Source of the DNA: a virus
Taxonomy: Duplodnaviria; Caudoviricetes
Strand: one strand, 5' to 3'
Virus record (IMG/VR): IMGVR_UViG_3300042914_002678
Length of the DNA: 64,000 nucleotides
Below are positions 63,186 to 64,000 of this stretch, one piece after another. The notes under the pieces are model-generated. The model was not told where the DNA came from. It did no database searches and saw only the letters and a list, made by a program, of their open reading frames with translations. Position 1 is the stretch's first letter. Every line of letters starts with the position of its first letter. The position numbers and the translations under genes were made by a program.

Positions 63186-63323
63186 ATGTCTAAAGTAGTG
63201 TATCGTGGCGTAGAGTATGATACTCAAAAGCGTCTTGAGTATCAACAGCAAATGATGCAACAACCCCAACAATACAACGAAACATACCGTGGTATTAAGT
63301 TTGTAAAAGAGGGGCACAAGTGA
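63186..63323 (+). CDS. DUF4278-like peptide (45 aa, two YRG motifs)
   Basis: Manual: MSKVVYRGVEYDTQKRLEYQQQMMQQPQQYNETYRGIKFVKEGHK*. GGAGG SD. Confidence 0.8.
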   Translation: MSKVVYRGVEYDTQKRLEYQQQMMQQPQQYNETYRGIKFVKEGHK

Positions 63324-63421
63324 TGCAAAAACTTAATGCACTTCAACTCATTAAAGAGCAGAAGCAAAAAGAAGAGAGACGTAAACAAGCGTCTCTTGCT
63401 ACGCTAGTAGCAGCAAAATAA
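63323..63421 (+). CDS. Small basic helical peptide (32 aa)
   Basis: Manual: MQKLNALQLIKEQKQKEERRKQASLATLVAAK*. TGATG coupling. Confidence 0.6.
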   Translation: MQKLNALQLIKEQKQKEERRKQASLATLVAAK

Positions 63422-63424
63422 TAT

Positions 63425-63463
63425 AAGAGGGTTCTTGACGAACCCTCTTTTTTTGTATATAAT
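63425..63463 (+). terminator. Intrinsic terminator whose loop is the -35 box of the next promoter
   Basis: aagagggttc-TTGAC-gaaccctctt plus T-run. TTGACG, 17 nt, TATAAT (63458). Confidence 0.85.
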
Positions 63464-63486
63464 TACCTTTGTAGAGGTTGATAAAA

Positions 63487-63657
63487 ATGGATAGAGAAAA
63501 GCTTAAATTGATTGTCAAAAACCTTGAGTCTCTGGTAGAATGCTTAAAGTCAGAAGTTTATTCTGATGTAGATTCATATAAAATGAACTACGAAGAGATT
63601 ACACAACACATTACTGATTACGACGAAGTATTTTATGACGGAGATGAAGATGACTGA
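63487..63657 (+). CDS. Small acidic hypothetical protein (56 aa)
   Basis: Manual: [27 protein letters not shown]...DEDD*. Confidence 0.7.
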   Translation: MDREKLKLIVKNLESLVECLKSEVYSDVDSYKMNYEEITQHITDYDEVFYDGDEDD

Positions 63658-64000
63658 ACAAGTCAAACTAATTAGTGTTACACCTGATGCAGAGAAGCAC
63701 ATGGCATATTGTGCTCGGGTAAGTAATCCTGCTAATCAAGAGAATGAAAAGTTTTCTGGTTTGTTGAAGTATTGTATTCAACATCAGCACTGGAGTATCT
63801 TTGAACAGGCAAGTATGACAGTTGAGATTAATACCACAAGAGGTATTGCAGCACAAATTCTTCGTCATAGGTCCTTTACATATCAAGAATTTTCACAACG
63901 ATATGCTGACAGTTCTTTGCTTGGAGATACCATCCCTCTTCCTGAACTTCGCCGTCAGGATACAAAGAACCGCCAGAATAGTATTGATGATGTTGATCCT
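63650..64000 (+). CDS. thyX: Flavin-dependent thymidylate synthase, 3' truncated by window edge
   Basis: Manual: [26 protein letters not shown]...HWSIFEQA...[18 protein letters not shown] (ThyX RHR-x7-SxR motif). Confidence 0.95.
   Translation, partial: MTEQVKLISVTPDAEKHMAYCARVSNPANQENEKFSGLLKYCIQHQHWSIFEQASMTVEINTTRGIAAQILRHRSFTYQEFSQRYADSSLLGDTIPLPELRRQDTKNRQNSIDDVDP

Noticed and set aside
1-64000. Alternative genetic code or stop-codon reassignment
   Set aside because: Core genes are full length under the standard code, TAA, TGA and TAG all act as stops, and no suppressor tRNA was seen.

Overview
A 64-kb segment of a T4-like cyanomyovirus, most likely a large freshwater Synechococcus/Cyanobium phage. 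It is almost entirely + strand and gene-dense. In order: (1) hsp20 end, gp43, uvsX, 2OG-Fe(II) oxygenase, gp41, mazG; (2) a late-promoter (TATAAATA) block of probable virion/internal proteins including a cytidyltransferase-like enzyme; (3) gp61, nrdA, nrdB, a GIY-YIG nuclease and a tail-type lysozyme; (4) a cluster of 11 tRNAs (a 12th, Ala, is at 8.1 kb) interleaved with non-tRNA structured elements, dps and an orphan Phd/YefM-like gene; (5) a manA-like structured RNA, then a ~12.6-kb nucleotide-sugar/glycosyltransferase island with most of an ADP-heptose pathway; (6) porin, pstS, hli x2, petF, HNH and peroxiredoxin; (7) C39 peptidase, lysozyme, a Thr-rich autotransporter-like protein and a 4-gene minus-strand exported-protein module; (8) psbA, psbD, HNH, glutaredoxin, speD; (9) an NtcA-type box with a tandem glutamine-riboswitch-like RNA before DUF4278-like peptides, and the start of thyX. 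No CRISPR array or transposase was seen. All family assignments come from motif recognition by eye, not database searches.
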